Of a DNA stretch of 64,000 nt, positions 1 to 13,013 are shown in pieces; within the stretch, counting starts at the first letter, position 1; each line of letters begins with the position of its first letter. The stretch is from Auanema rhodensis (taxonomy: Eukaryota; Animalia; Nematoda): NCBI GenBank assembly GCA_964057225.1, contig OZ059896.1:10540001-10604000 (forward strand), given 5' to 3'. The translations under genes and the position numbers were made by a program. The notes under the pieces are model-generated. The model searched no databases. It had not been told where the DNA came from and saw only the letters and a list, made by a program, of their open reading frames with translations.

Positions 1-290
1 AAGAGAATCGTATAGTACAAGTATATATGTTCATATATAACAGATATGTTCCATTCTCTTTTAAATTTTTATAAATAAATGTATAAATATTTTATTATAT
101 TCCCAAATACTTATATATTATATGTATATTACATTATTTTGTTCATTTTCTTTTTTTTTTTTTCGTTTTACATTCATTTTCAGTTATAGAAAATTGAGGA
201 ATACTCTTACAATATGTTTTCTTTTCAAATATTATAAGTAATATTCTATTAAAAAATAAATTTTTTTATAAAATAAAACTTGAAACTAAC

Positions 291-1375
291 AATTTCTGTA
301 AGTATTCCAAGAACAATTGTCATATGAATGATGACTGGCATATTCGTATCAGCATTTGGTCGAACTCTCTTATCATAGGTATGCATGATACTATCCAAAA
401 CATTTGTTGGTTCACTATTCAAGGAAGTAGCATCTGAAATATATATATATATATATATTAATTCATAACATCTATATATAAACATATAAATATTTTTTTT
501 TCAGTTTTTATCATAATATTTTTATATTTTTCTATATTTATTAATAAAATATATTAAAAATAGTATTTACATATGTATATACATATGTATTTAAAAGTAT
601 ATTTTCATTTATATTAAAATGTACTGATGAATAACAATGTAAAAACAACATATATATAGTATATATAGTATATAGTTAGTATATTTGACTATATAGTATA
701 TTTATATATTCTGTAATTTAGTCTATATATAGATTTTACATCTTCTAATAACCTTAAAATTAATTTTTAATATTATTAATATGTTTATCTATTAAATATT
801 TTTGTTATTTAATTTTTAAACAAACGAAATTATTATTTTAATAGTTTTTAATGATTCCAAATAATATTATTTCAAGATTATTCTATCGTTTTCCTTTCAT
901 CGATTAACAATTCTATTCATATATCTATATTTATATTTTTTTATTATTGATATATACATATATTATAAGTATGATATAAGTATTTTTTTAAAATAAAAAT
1001 TCTTAATTATGAGGCTTTTCTTAGATTTCGTTCTAACTATTAAGTGTTTCCTGAAAATTGTTCGTATAATTAGAATTCATAAGATCTATAAATATGCTTA
1101 TGCTATAAGATTCCAGCTCAAATTTCTATTTTCATGAATATAATTTTAAAAAAAGAAAGAATATACCCGAAATAAATGTTTTTTTCTGGTATATATATAT
1201 ATTTGAATATATGTTTATAATATACATATAAATAAATATTTTAGATTTATGAATAAGTTCTTATATAAATAATCAAATGAAACTTACAATTATGAAGCTG
1301 ATGATGCTTTCTACCAGTTCGACAAGTTCCAGGTCGAATTATAACTATAAGTGCCAAATATCCAAGAAGTTTCAT
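291..1375 (-). CDS. Cys-loop ligand-gated ion channel subunit, 5' part (exons 1375-1288 and 433-291; gene continues beyond the left edge)
   Basis: Spliced translation is MKLLGYLALIVIIRPGTCRTGRKHHQLHN/YATSLNSEPTNVLDSIMHTYDKRVRPNADTNMPVIIHMTIVLGILTEI. It has a signal peptide, the YDKRVRP motif typical of Cys-loop receptor N-termini and the following beta-1 strand. GT-AG sites are phase-consistent. Confidence 0.85.
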
Positions 1376-1604
1376 TATTCACATATGCTTCAAGTAATCT
1401 ACAAACAAAATTTAATTAAACTTAAAATAAAAAGCTAGAATTTGAGCAAAAACAAGAAGAAAATAGGTAAAATAAAGAAACAAAGAATTCAAATAATATT
1501 CAGATAAAACAAAAGCAAATTTAAAATTTCATTAGAAAAGCATTTAGAAATAGAAAAAAACAATAATTAAAGTATAATTTAATATAAAAATATTATAACT
1601 GCAC

Positions 1605-1605
<1 letters not shown>

Positions 1606-1645
<40 letters not shown>
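1606..1645. repeat. (AAT)n microsatellite
   Basis: Direct read of tandem AAT. Confidence 0.95.
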
Positions 1646-1648
<3 letters not shown>

Positions 1649-2348
1649 TATAAATAATAATATCGTTTTGAGTTTAATAAACGAATTTTTTGAAATTCAT
1701 CAGAGAACAAACGTCTGCTCTGATATCTTACTGTTCAATTAAACTAGAAGTCATTGAACCAGAAATGGAGATCTCAATAGTCTAAGAAGTGTTTTGAAGA
1801 TTATCAAGAAATTTATTTTTTATTTTGAAATATACAACGAAAAATAGAATAGAACGCTGAATAAGCGATATGTTACGTGTTGAAAGATCAGATTTCCCGT
1901 TGGAAATCCAAGACAGTCATCCGTGTAAAGTATGAAGAACCTTAATTCCAGACAAAATAATAAAAAAAAAACGAAAAGAAATTAGAAATAGAGTTCAGTA
2001 TACAATTTCTTGTCAGTTTAATAGAATGACGTATTGAAGGACGGAATTGGTGTTGAGAGTTGTTAAGAAGACATCGAATAGAGATGATTTACTGCTGTTG
2101 AAGTTGTAAGTTCTCTCTTCAGCTTTCAAACAGAATACAACGGAAACAGCTTTGCATTAGAATGGAATATCATTTTAAAATTAAGAAAATGTTCAAAGAT
2201 TCGCAATGAATATCAATGTAATGTAAATAGAAAAATGAGTTAAATAAGATGAAGATGAAGATGAAGATAGTAGTATTTAAATTAAAACTTTGACTTCAAT
2301 ATTTGAAAATGTAAAATATAATAATATTTTCATAATAAAACTAAAAAA

Positions 2349-2387
<39 letters not shown>

Positions 2388-3444
2388 ATATTTGTGGATA
2401 TGTGATAGAAGATAATTTATATATATCTTAATAATAAAGCAAAATTTTTTGAGATATACTAACAATACATGGTGATAAATAAAAGAAAAAAACATATGCA
2501 AAATAAAAAAAGTGAACAGAAAATTCTGCAATTTCATTGAGCACGAAGGGACTAGTGGTAAAAAATCCAAAAGCTTTTTCCTGTTCAATCGAAAGCATGA
2601 AGAATAACTTGCCAGTAATATGAATGCTCATCTAACCTTTTGAAAGTAAAAATAATAAAAATAATCATATGTATGAAAGTATTTAGATTGAAAAAAATAA
2701 ACTATGTATACATATATATATAGAAATTTACAAAAAAATGGATGTAACGTGAAGTATAGTTAAGAGAATACGGAGAGTTAGTATTCTAGTATAGCAGAAT
2801 ATTTCGAGACAAAACAACTGAATGGTCATTGAAATTAAAAAATGAGACAATTAAATGCATTAAGCTGCTCTATTTCTTAGTCAGCTCACAGACGTTGAAA
2901 ATCTAGATTTCAGGAGTATAAAGGATATTTTGATTGTCCTCGTCGTTGTTAGGGAATCATCTGATTAACGAATATGTGAAATTAGAATGAACTCGTAACG
3001 AAAAATTCTTGGATATTCATGAATCTTTCATTCAAAAAACCTATGATTAACAGATAAATTATGGAATAACATGAACGCAAATACATCTATGGAAAATTGA
3101 AAAAGGAACAAATCTTGAATATGAAATCTTGAATTGAGAAGAATTATGAGGGAGGTGGGGGGGGAGGAAGAGAGGTGATAGAAAGCTTTGTGCAATGATG
3201 AAGGATATGAGATATAACATATAGCAGAATGTTTCACTCAAAAAGGAAGTGAAATCCTTATAAATATGAAAGTCATGATGAAAGCAACAGAAGTGTATGT
3301 ATAGCTGGAACTACATATTGTTCTTATTTTCCTTTCTTTCTCTCTCTCTCTCTCTATTTTTATATGAAAATCCCTTTGTATTCTCTTTCTATCTACCTAT
3401 CTTGTAACTTCTTTTTTAACCTTTTTTGGAGTTGCTAATAATTC

Positions 3445-3612
3445 TCAAGTGTGCCACTTCAAGAATTTCCATTCTCGTAGTTGGTCGACTAACTGCCGGA
3501 TTATCGGCCATATGATAGTGCTTGAAAATAAGACAAATCCAGTAATGACAAGGAAGAGAACAAAAATTTCAAGTTTTGAAAAATAGCTTTGTCTTGCTAG
3601 TACAGGAACCAT
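3445..3612 (-). CDS. Putative 55-aa single-pass membrane micropeptide
   Basis: MVPVLARQSYFSKLEIFVLFLVITGFVLFSSTIIWPIIRQLVDQLREWKFLKWHT*. One clear hydrophobic segment, non-repetitive composition, and a CTTCAG acceptor/trans-splice-like site 8 nt upstream of the ATG. Confidence 0.4.
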   Translation of the reverse strand: MVPVLARQSYFSKLEIFVLFLVITGFVLFSSTIIWPIIRQLVDQLREWKFLKWHT

Positions 3613-4176
3613 GTGATATTCTGAAGTATAAGGATCAAAAGAATGTTTCAAAATTGACAAAAAGAATAAGAAGAATTGACATGTTGTAACTTAGAAGATA
3701 TGTAAAAGCAAAGCTAAAACACAGAGTGAAAAAGAGGAAATATGATGACAAGAAGCATACAAGTAAATGCTAAAGATTTAGAAAAAAGAGAACATTCGAA
3801 CGATAAAAGTTCATCGAACATAAAGAGCAGAGTTTATTCATTTGCAATTCTCAACCCTAAATGTTCGAAGCTGATCATTTTCTCTTCTCAAATATACATA
3901 TTACATGTATGTATGAGATATAGTTTGAAAATGTTTAAGATGTTTCTTTTCAAGAAAAATCTGAAGAATTTGACAGAGATGCGCAGATGTCAAAGTTTCA
4001 CGAAGAATTAGCGAACGTGACTCCAAAACGCATCCAGCTGCATATTCAAGAGAATGGTCGGGTTTCACTACCTACATAGATACTTATATACATATATCCG
4101 TTTCACTTCTTTTTTTGTTCTTTTTTTTCTCTATTTCTTCATATATTCATCTACTTTACTTCAATATGTTTTAGTT

Positions 4177-4187
4177 TCTCTCTCTCT

Positions 4188-4279
<92 letters not shown>
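4177..4279. repeat. Imperfect (CT)n microsatellite
   Basis: ~100 bp CT run; produces the spurious SLSL/ERER ORFs. Confidence 0.95.
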
Positions 4280-6819
4280 GTATATATATATATAAATTTA
4301 TTTATCTTACATCCTCTTCTATCTGTTTCGATCTCTCTTTCTATATGATTCAATATATCTATCTCTCTACTCTCCTCTCTCTTTTCCCTCTCATCATTTA
4401 TACATATCTTATTCACCTTTTCTCTTTATGCTTTTCCAAGATGTTCTTTGACTACTACATTCATTTAGCATTAGTTAAAAGGGTGTTGTGAACAGCTCCA
4501 ACATTAGAAATATTTCTTAACTAGCCAAGAACAAACATGCACATACCCATATGTACATCCCACCCAAATTTTTCTTTAGCTTGTTAGATCAGTCTCTGTG
4601 AAAGAAACATGACAAAGATACTCGTAATGTAAAGAAAATGGGTAAGTTGATTACCATGGACTGTTGTTTGTACTTGGCATCTACTCTTCTCTTTTTTCTT
4701 CAAAAGCTTAAAATCTCAAATCTTCCGAACAATTCTTTGTTCCTTACCTTTTTCTCTGTTCCCTAACTTCTTCAAAGTACGTTGTAACTAATTTGATGGC
4801 AAAGAAAAACAAATCGAAATTATGTACGTTGACTTTGAAGTTAACAACTCGACGATAAGGGCAACAATAAGAAAATGATTAAATGCTTATTTCATTTACA
4901 TAACTAAATGTATTTAACTTATTATAAAAAACAATTGAAAAAAGAAGAAAGAAAGATAGAATCGTATGATTCTCTTATAGAATATAGGAAATACAAACAT
5001 TTCCATTTAAATTTTATGAATAATAGGAAATGTTAGATAGAAAGAAGAAGAAAAATCAAATAATGAAAAGAAAACAAATTAAAATTATCAAAGTTAACAC
5101 AATACTTGAATGATATATACATATGTATTTGTTTTAAGTTGTTGAGAATTAAGAAAAACTTTGAAATCTGGAATTGTCCAGAGCAGACGCACACACGTAC
5201 ATGCATGTGCTGCTGATGATTTCACAACAAAATGAAAAAAAAAAACACATAAGGACTTTTCCACTAATTGTGGTAAATTTTTCTTGAATTTGTACTTAAA
5301 CTCAACATTTCAAGATGTATTTAGCTGTGAAGGGAAAGTTCAGCCTTTTCTGATAAATACAGATGTCTGAATCTCCTTGTTTAGTATTGCGAAGAGTAAT
5401 TTAAAAAAAAATAATAATATTTCCATTCCAAACAACAGAATTTCAAAACAAGTTGAAGTTTGGAAGATAAAAAGCTGGAAAATTTTACAAAATTGACAGT
5501 GTCACATACCCAATTTAAAAAATTATTTAATAGTTCATGAGATAAAAATGAAGAGAAAAATAAAATTATATTCACATTGAAAAAGGCTAAATACAAAATA
5601 AGTACTTTGAAAATTCTTTTAAGAATGATCATTGAGAATTGGTAAAAATTATGTTTTTTTTTGTTACATTTTAAGTTGGTTCAAATATGTTTCAAATGGA
5701 GTTACTTACTTGATATTTACACTTTTTTTGCAAAACATTAGAAGTATTAATGGCATTACGATGTATTGAAATGAGAATTTCTTGAATTTTTTATGTTTTA
5801 CGCCTACAGAACTTTTTTTCTCATCTTTAAAGAAAACTGTGAAAAGCCTTTGTTTTTCTTTTGTTCTTCAAATGCCTTTTAAGTTTTCTAAATACGTTGA
5901 TACGAGGAGTTTTCATCGAATAAACATGTATGTATGTATATAATACTATACTACATTCAAACTTTTAAATAAAGAAAATATATTTATAAATCACAATAAT
6001 TAAAAATTTAAAATATATTTATAGTTAATATAGTTAACTATGATGATAGCAGTATTACATAAACGAAACTTTTTCAAACAATGCTGACAATCATTTTTCA
6101 GAAAAGAAAAAAAACTGTGAAATGATGAAGAAGAAATGAGAGAAATGATATAGGTTGAGGGAAAAAAGATTTGCAACGAAAAACATGAGTAGATGTTTCA
6201 TATGCGAGAAGCCTTGAAGATAGTAATGAGTGTGAGATACGTGCTATAAGAATGAGATGAAGAAGAGTAAGGTTACAGATGTTTTTTCTCATTTTCTCCC
6301 CTCATTCGAACATTCTTTAATTCTCATTTAATAATTTTTTTTATCTGGAGAATCAAACATTAAATCGAGGAATATAACGAGATATATAGCTGAATAACAT
6401 GGTTGAAATAGAAAAGTTATAGATTTCATTGTAAAGCTAAAGTAGAATTAAAAACGCCTGGAGGAGAATAAGAACTTGTATATGGATTGAGTATTAAGCA
6501 AGTCACAGAAACAGAATATTTTTAATTAATGTTCTTACTTTTTTTTTTTGAAATAAGAATCTAATAAGCGAACTCTAGCCATGAAAATAATGTGAACGTA
6601 TCATTCAGTATGAGGTCAAGCTGAAACCAAATATATATATATTTTTTTTTTTTGGAAAAAATACTATAGTTATTCAAAAAAAAGAATAAAATGATTAGAA
6701 AAATAATAAACAAAGGAAAAAAATCATAATCACGTGAGATGAACTTTGAAATGATTTCCATATTTGAAACCTACGAGGAAGTTCAGTTTCGACCTTTGGC
6801 TCCTTTCCATTTTCTCCCC

Positions 6820-6824
6820 TCTCA

Positions 6825-6856
<32 letters not shown>

Positions 6857-6857
6857 A

Positions 6858-6903
<46 letters not shown>

Positions 6904-6930
6904 CTCTCTCTCTTTCTCTCTCTTTCTTTC
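6820..6930. repeat. Imperfect (CT)n microsatellite with CAT/CAC interruptions
   Basis: Direct read. Confidence 0.95.
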
Positions 6931-9900
6931 TCATTATTTCAATAGACTGCAACAATCTTGACTGGGCGGTCTCTATACTAAACTTCCAACTTTGTGCCAT
7001 CCCCCTCGCCACAGCTTATAGATGAAGATGAAGAGCAGACATTTTCAATTTTTTTGGACTTTCAATCACCAAAATCTTTAACCTAGATTTTGCAGAAGCG
7101 AGTTCCAACCAGTGCGTGGGTTCATTGCCTATGGAACGAATAGGAAAACCCTATCTCGGAGGACCAGAGAATGGAGAGAAATAGTATTTGACCAAGTAAG
7201 CTAACAGGAAGAAACAGGATGTATATAAGATTTGAAGCATATCGACATGTATGTTTAATTCAAAGGAAGGAGCAAAAAAAAGTTTATAAGAAGATGAAGT
7301 AAAAAAACATGTCATCACGTGAATTTTCTTCCAATCTGAGAACATGCAGCAAGTATATGTTTCCGTTTTGTGGCTGTTTGAAAATTTTATTGTTGCACAA
7401 TAAGAATAAAGGTTGTCATCAAATGTAAGAATTTGCAAAAAAAAAAAAATAAAGGAGAAGAAGGAGATTATTTGAATAGAAAGTCAACATCATTTTTGAA
7501 AAAAAGTTGCATTCTAAGTTTTTACAGGGCAACGTATAATTATAAATAAAAATAAAATGTATTTATCATTTATTTAGTAATCTTATGAGAGAACGGTTGT
7601 GATTCATTATTAATTATATTGGTCTACGCCAACGCCATAGCAATTTTCATTCCAAGAACTTCAATAAGTAATTGTTATTTGAATCTATTTAACTATTCTA
7701 ATAATCAATTATTTAGAAAAAAAAACTGAAAAACGAATACGTTCTGTATAGAAAGATATTGACTTTACTTCACAAAAACTTAAGTAAAGTAAGGCTGATA
7801 GCACGTAAAGAAGGTACAACGAGTAATACAATATAAAACAATTTAAAGATATTTAAGCTGATTTGCTACTGAATTTTGCTTCTTATTTTGGAAAGAAATG
7901 CTCAATTCTACAAAGAAGAACTGATAGATAGGAATACTTTGTCCTAAAGAAAATGATTAGAATAGTTACTTCTAAACAAAGAAATAGCTCTTCTAAACTA
8001 TATAGTATATGGTAAATGATTTGTAAATAAAATACCTTTTAAAATTAATAAACTATGCATATATAACTTATATTTTTTAATTTTTGCTTACTAAGTTTAA
8101 GGAATATGTCAAAAATAATCAAATTTCAAAGATTTCCATATCCACTTGTGTAATTTGTATGTGTTGTATATGTACTTGAAGAAATTTCATATAACATGAG
8201 AAGTTCAGCCTAATTTACGTTAAACGAACTCTTACAAGGACTTTTAGATTGTTCATTATATCCATTCCTAATTCCACTAGTCCCACACATTTCTCGTTGT
8301 AGAAGCTTAAACAAGCAAGAAGAAGTGTGGGAGGGCACACATTTTTTTGCTTTAAAATGGAGTCACATGTTCAATGTTAAAAGTAAAAAATGAAGCAAAA
8401 AAAAAGTTAATGAAACACAGAAAAGAGATATAGCTATAGTAACAAACTATTATTTATAATAATAATAATAATAATAATAATATAATTAAAAATTTAAAGA
8501 ATAAAGATAAATAAAAACAATATTTAAATGAAAATACCATTATTTTTTTTGGGAAACCCAAGGTTAAGTAAACATTATAAAAGATAATTTAGGGAGTTAA
8601 ATTCAAAAATTGTGAGATAAAACTAGGAATATAAGGTAATATATTGAAGAATATTCTATTACTTCATCTTTGTTTAAATTTTTTTTTTCGAAACAAAAGA
8701 AATATTTATTTTCTTTTTTTAAAGTTAATTATAAAAATAATATTTATAACCAATATGTATATGAATATAGTTTTAGTTTTTTGGCTTAAAAATCAAAGTC
8801 TACTAGCTGTGTACATTAGAAAAATTCAAAAAAGAGAAAAGAAAGAATAATTCTTATTTTAGATTTTATTTAAAATTATAAAAGAACATTATATATTTAA
8901 TAAACATTTACAAGAAAGTTTAATACTTTTATATAATAGTTTATATGAAAGTAAAGCTTTAATCGTAAATCATAATTGACTATATTTAAAATAAAGAATT
9001 TTATATAGAAAATATTCAAGAATATAAGTAAAAAACTTTCAAAAAATAAAAAAAATTGACAAAAGACAATAGCAACATATAGTCAATGTAAGCTAGTGTT
9101 CTATTTTTTTCTCTTATTTGAAAGCTAAGTGAATATAGTTTAGAGCAATTGACGATCTACTCATCTGCTACTTCAACTGACTTTCCCCCATATTTTCGGG
9201 TAATTTTTTTTCCATTTTGGTCTGGTTAATCTGTAATAAGTGTTAGTTGGTTTTCAGCAGCAGCAGCAGCAGCAGCAACTATCAGTTTTTTTCCCCTGTA
9301 ATCTGTATAGCCAATTTTTTCAACAAAAAAAAAGAAGAAAAAAAGAGAAAAAAAAAAGGCAAAAACGTATTCATGTAATAGCCTACAAATAAAAGAACAC
9401 ATGATTTTGTATATTTTGTTCATATTAATTAAGCTTTCATACAACTAATTATTTGAAATAATTTTTTCAAAGTTATAATATTATTATTTATAATAAAATT
9501 TTGTGAAAAATATATGTTAGAATATATATATATATCTATATATGTATGTAAATGAAATGTTTTTTTTTTAAATTGATAAACAATATAATCTTTGTGTAAA
9601 CTATAGAGAAAAAAAACTAAAGAGGAAGCAACAATATTTGAATACAAAAAAAAATTAACAAGTTGTATGATGTCATATAACCTATGAAAAAAAAAATTTT
9701 AATATATTAGAAGAATAATAATAAAATTAATAATAATCAAAACAATACTGTTATAGCATATTGAGAACTGTTCTTAACGCAGCTTCTCTTCAGCAGCCTC
9801 AGTTATGAGAAAGAAGTACGACGTACATGAAGCTGTTAGTACTTGAGCAGAAATTCTTCAAAAGGATTACAAGCTCTAATTTTTTTCTCAAATAATAATT

Positions 9901-10398
9901 GAATACACACTTTCTTTGAAGTATTCAACTAAAAATATAAATAATATTTTTCTTCCCTTTTAAGCATAGTAACGACATACAGAAATGAATCATTACATCA
10001 CCCATATAATAGAATATATGATGAAAAGTATTATGATTTATAGATTAAATGAAGATATATTGAAATACTTAAATATATTTATATGAAGAATCATTCATTA
10101 AATTAAAAAAAAAAGAAAAGAAAGAATGAATGAAAACTATTGTTCCCGTTATATTCTTCATATCAAATATTAATCTGATAGAAATTCTATAGTATGAAAA
10201 TCTTTATTTCCTTTTGCTTCTTATTCACATAATATTTAAAAAAAAAACTATTTGAAATGATTTATTAACAATGTGAACGAATATTTAAAACTTTAAATAT
10301 ACAATGAATTGATCTCTTTTATCTCAGATATGAACATGATTTTCATAAAATATACAATAATATAACCCGTTAACTATATCAAATATTTTTATGTTATT

Positions 10399-10934
10399 TT
10401 AATTTATATATTTCATTGAAACATTTGAAAATGCTTTATTTGCCTGTAATCGTTGAATATCGAGTAATTCAAGTCCTTTTCTGAAAGAATACATTATATT
10501 ATATTATTTAATCTTTTTTTTTGACATACATATTTAAATATGAATAATATATTCTAAATAAGATTAAGAACTTAAAAACGTTTCCGATTAGTTCCTACCT
10601 TGATATGTTCCGTTTCTGAGATCTCCTTTCTGTTCTAACTAGAGGACCTCTAACACGATCAGAGAGAGGAGGAAGTCCAAATGCAGATGGAAACCTCAAA
10701 TTTTGCTATGAATTAGTTTGGCAAAAAATGAAAAGATCAATTTTATTTTGAAGATAACAAGACTTATTCTTTTTATATTTTTAAAAATAGTATAACAAAC
10801 CAGAAATCTCGTGTCATATAGATAATTGACAAAGTCCAAACAATTAGTAAAACCCAACCAAAGTAACGTATCTGGTCATCATGAGAGAGAGAAGCTCGAA
10901 ATTCAACTAAAGAAGCAAAAAATCCTCGACACAT
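10399..10934 (-). CDS. Small 3-exon gene, ~100-aa single-pass membrane protein of unknown function
   Basis: TTCCAG acceptor just before the ATG. Spliced translation is MCRGFFASLVEFRASLSHDDQIRYFGWVLLIVWTLSIIYMTRDFW/FPSAFGLPPLSDRVRGPLVRTERRSQKRNISR/KGLELLDIQRLQANKAFSNVSMKYIN*, with two phase-2 GT-AG introns. Confidence 0.7.
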
Positions 10935-11165
10935 TCTGGAAATGACATTTTAATTTTTGAGGAAAACATTGAAATTGTTACTTTAAAATTGTTTTTTGAA
11001 TTTAAAAAAGTATAAAACGTCAAAAATAAACTGTGCTGTTACGCGAACACGTTCGAAAGCAACCAATCTCCAGCGTCTCAAATAAAAAAATAAAAAGTTT
11101 GTACTTAAAAATTGGTATCAAAAACGAAATACTAATAGACATATTATGATATTTCAATAATCTTA

Positions 11166-11168
<3 letters not shown>

Positions 11169-11233
<65 letters not shown>
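11169..11233. repeat. (AT)n microsatellite
   Basis: Direct read, ~30 units. Confidence 0.95.
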
Positions 11234-11241
<8 letters not shown>

Positions 11242-12772
11242 TATTTAATATGAATATTAAGAAATATTTACAATAGTTAGCTGAAGTTAGATATTCCCAT
11301 GTGGCACTATTACAAACAATAAACAAAAACTATGATATTATACTAACTATTAGTTACTGTTATAATAGAATATTATTTTTTAAAAAAATGCAAAAAAAGA
11401 AGAAGAAGAAGATGATGAAGTTGTGTATGAAATGCAAAAAAACTTAGTGAGAAGATCTGAAAGAAAATTTAAATAAAAAAGATATTTACATATCAATCCT
11501 TATTTGTTTGTATATGTATTTATGCTTAGATAATATGTTATTTTTCAATAAACTATAAATAAGTTGATGATATGCCTAGAAAATCATAGAAAATCTTATG
11601 TTTATGATAAATTGAAATATTATTCATTCAGAAATATATGAAGAAAACATCATGAAATGGATGCAATAATTTTGTTAATGGATATAAGAAACTAACAAGA
11701 CTGATACTGAAATATGCTAAGTTTATCTTATAATTCAAAGAATTATAAAGAAAAAACCAAATCGTTAACTGGACAAATAGTAATAGTTTTTCATAAATAT
11801 GATGAAAGAAAAAGATGAATGAAATGAAAAGAAAGGGGTGAGAAAAGCTGAGAGAGAGTTAAAGCAACAGAGAAGAGAAATAGCACTAAGACAAAAAGAG
11901 AGAACAAGCTAGAGAGAGAGGGAGAGATAGAGAGAAAGAGAGAATGAAAATGGTTAAAAAGAATAAGAAACTGCGAGTCAGCGAAGACGATTGAGCTTGA
12001 AAGAAGAAGTTTTGCAGTTAGAATGCGGAAATAGGAAACGTAATAGATACAAAATGAATCTCTAATAGTGCAAACATTCTTCTTTGAGCCAATTGGTTGC
12101 CAAATTTCATTTATTATTGCCAAATTTGTTAAATAAAAAGTATTATATAACTAGATAATATAGTATAAATCATGCTTTATTATTAAAATGTGAATATAGT
12201 AATATGAAACTTACACAGATTGATATGTATTGGTACAATTCATCATGATAATGCACCTCCTGGTAATTATAATTCCACATATAATTATGATTCTTAAAAA
12301 TATAATATACTATAATTATTATTTTTATTATTATTTAAAATCTATAAAACAAAAAGATAGATGGAAATAGATAGGTGAGAGATGAACAAGAGGGACAACA
12401 AGATAAACGAAAGTGTCAGCACAGAATGAAATTTAAAAGACAACGCATAACCTTCGTCTCGTATTTTTCAATATTTTTCAACAATGACAACTTAAAATTA
12501 AGTTGAGAAAAGCTTATATACTTCGTAAAACATGGCAAATGCAGAAATTGAAAGCTTTTCCAAGCATATGATTAGTCACACCAGCAGGATACTTGGATAG
12601 GCAGATTGACACCGGAAGCAAGCTGTTCTCGAAGAACTTCCAATCCATTAGGCTAGCAATTTTAAAAAGAACAAACAATATAAAGATGAATAAACTTGTG
12701 TTGTTCTTAATTTTTCCCATAAACTATACATAGGTCAAACTATACATATAGAAAACGATGAGAGTAAGTAAG

Positions 12773-12805
<33 letters not shown>

Positions 12806-13013
12806 GAGAGGGGGGGAATAAAAGAAGAAGAAAATATGGATTTCTTTTGATCGTTATACTGTTCTTTGGAGTTTCATTGATTTCATTTTTAATATAATAT
12901 AAAACAACGTAAACTTTAATATTATTTATAAAATGTAAAATGTTTAAATTGATTTTATTTATTTTTTAATAAATTATAGGGGTTATTCAAGATTTAATGC
13001 AAAAACAGAAATT

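Noticed and set aside
4054-7012. ORFs rich in SLSLSL or ERERER (also at 43793, 44592, 49906, 59847-60529, 62792)
   Set aside because: They are translations of (CT/AG)n microsatellites with no splice-consistent gene structure.
12836-12910. Possible upstream coding exon for the H3-like gene
   Set aside because: ATG GAT TTC TTT TGA stops after four codons.
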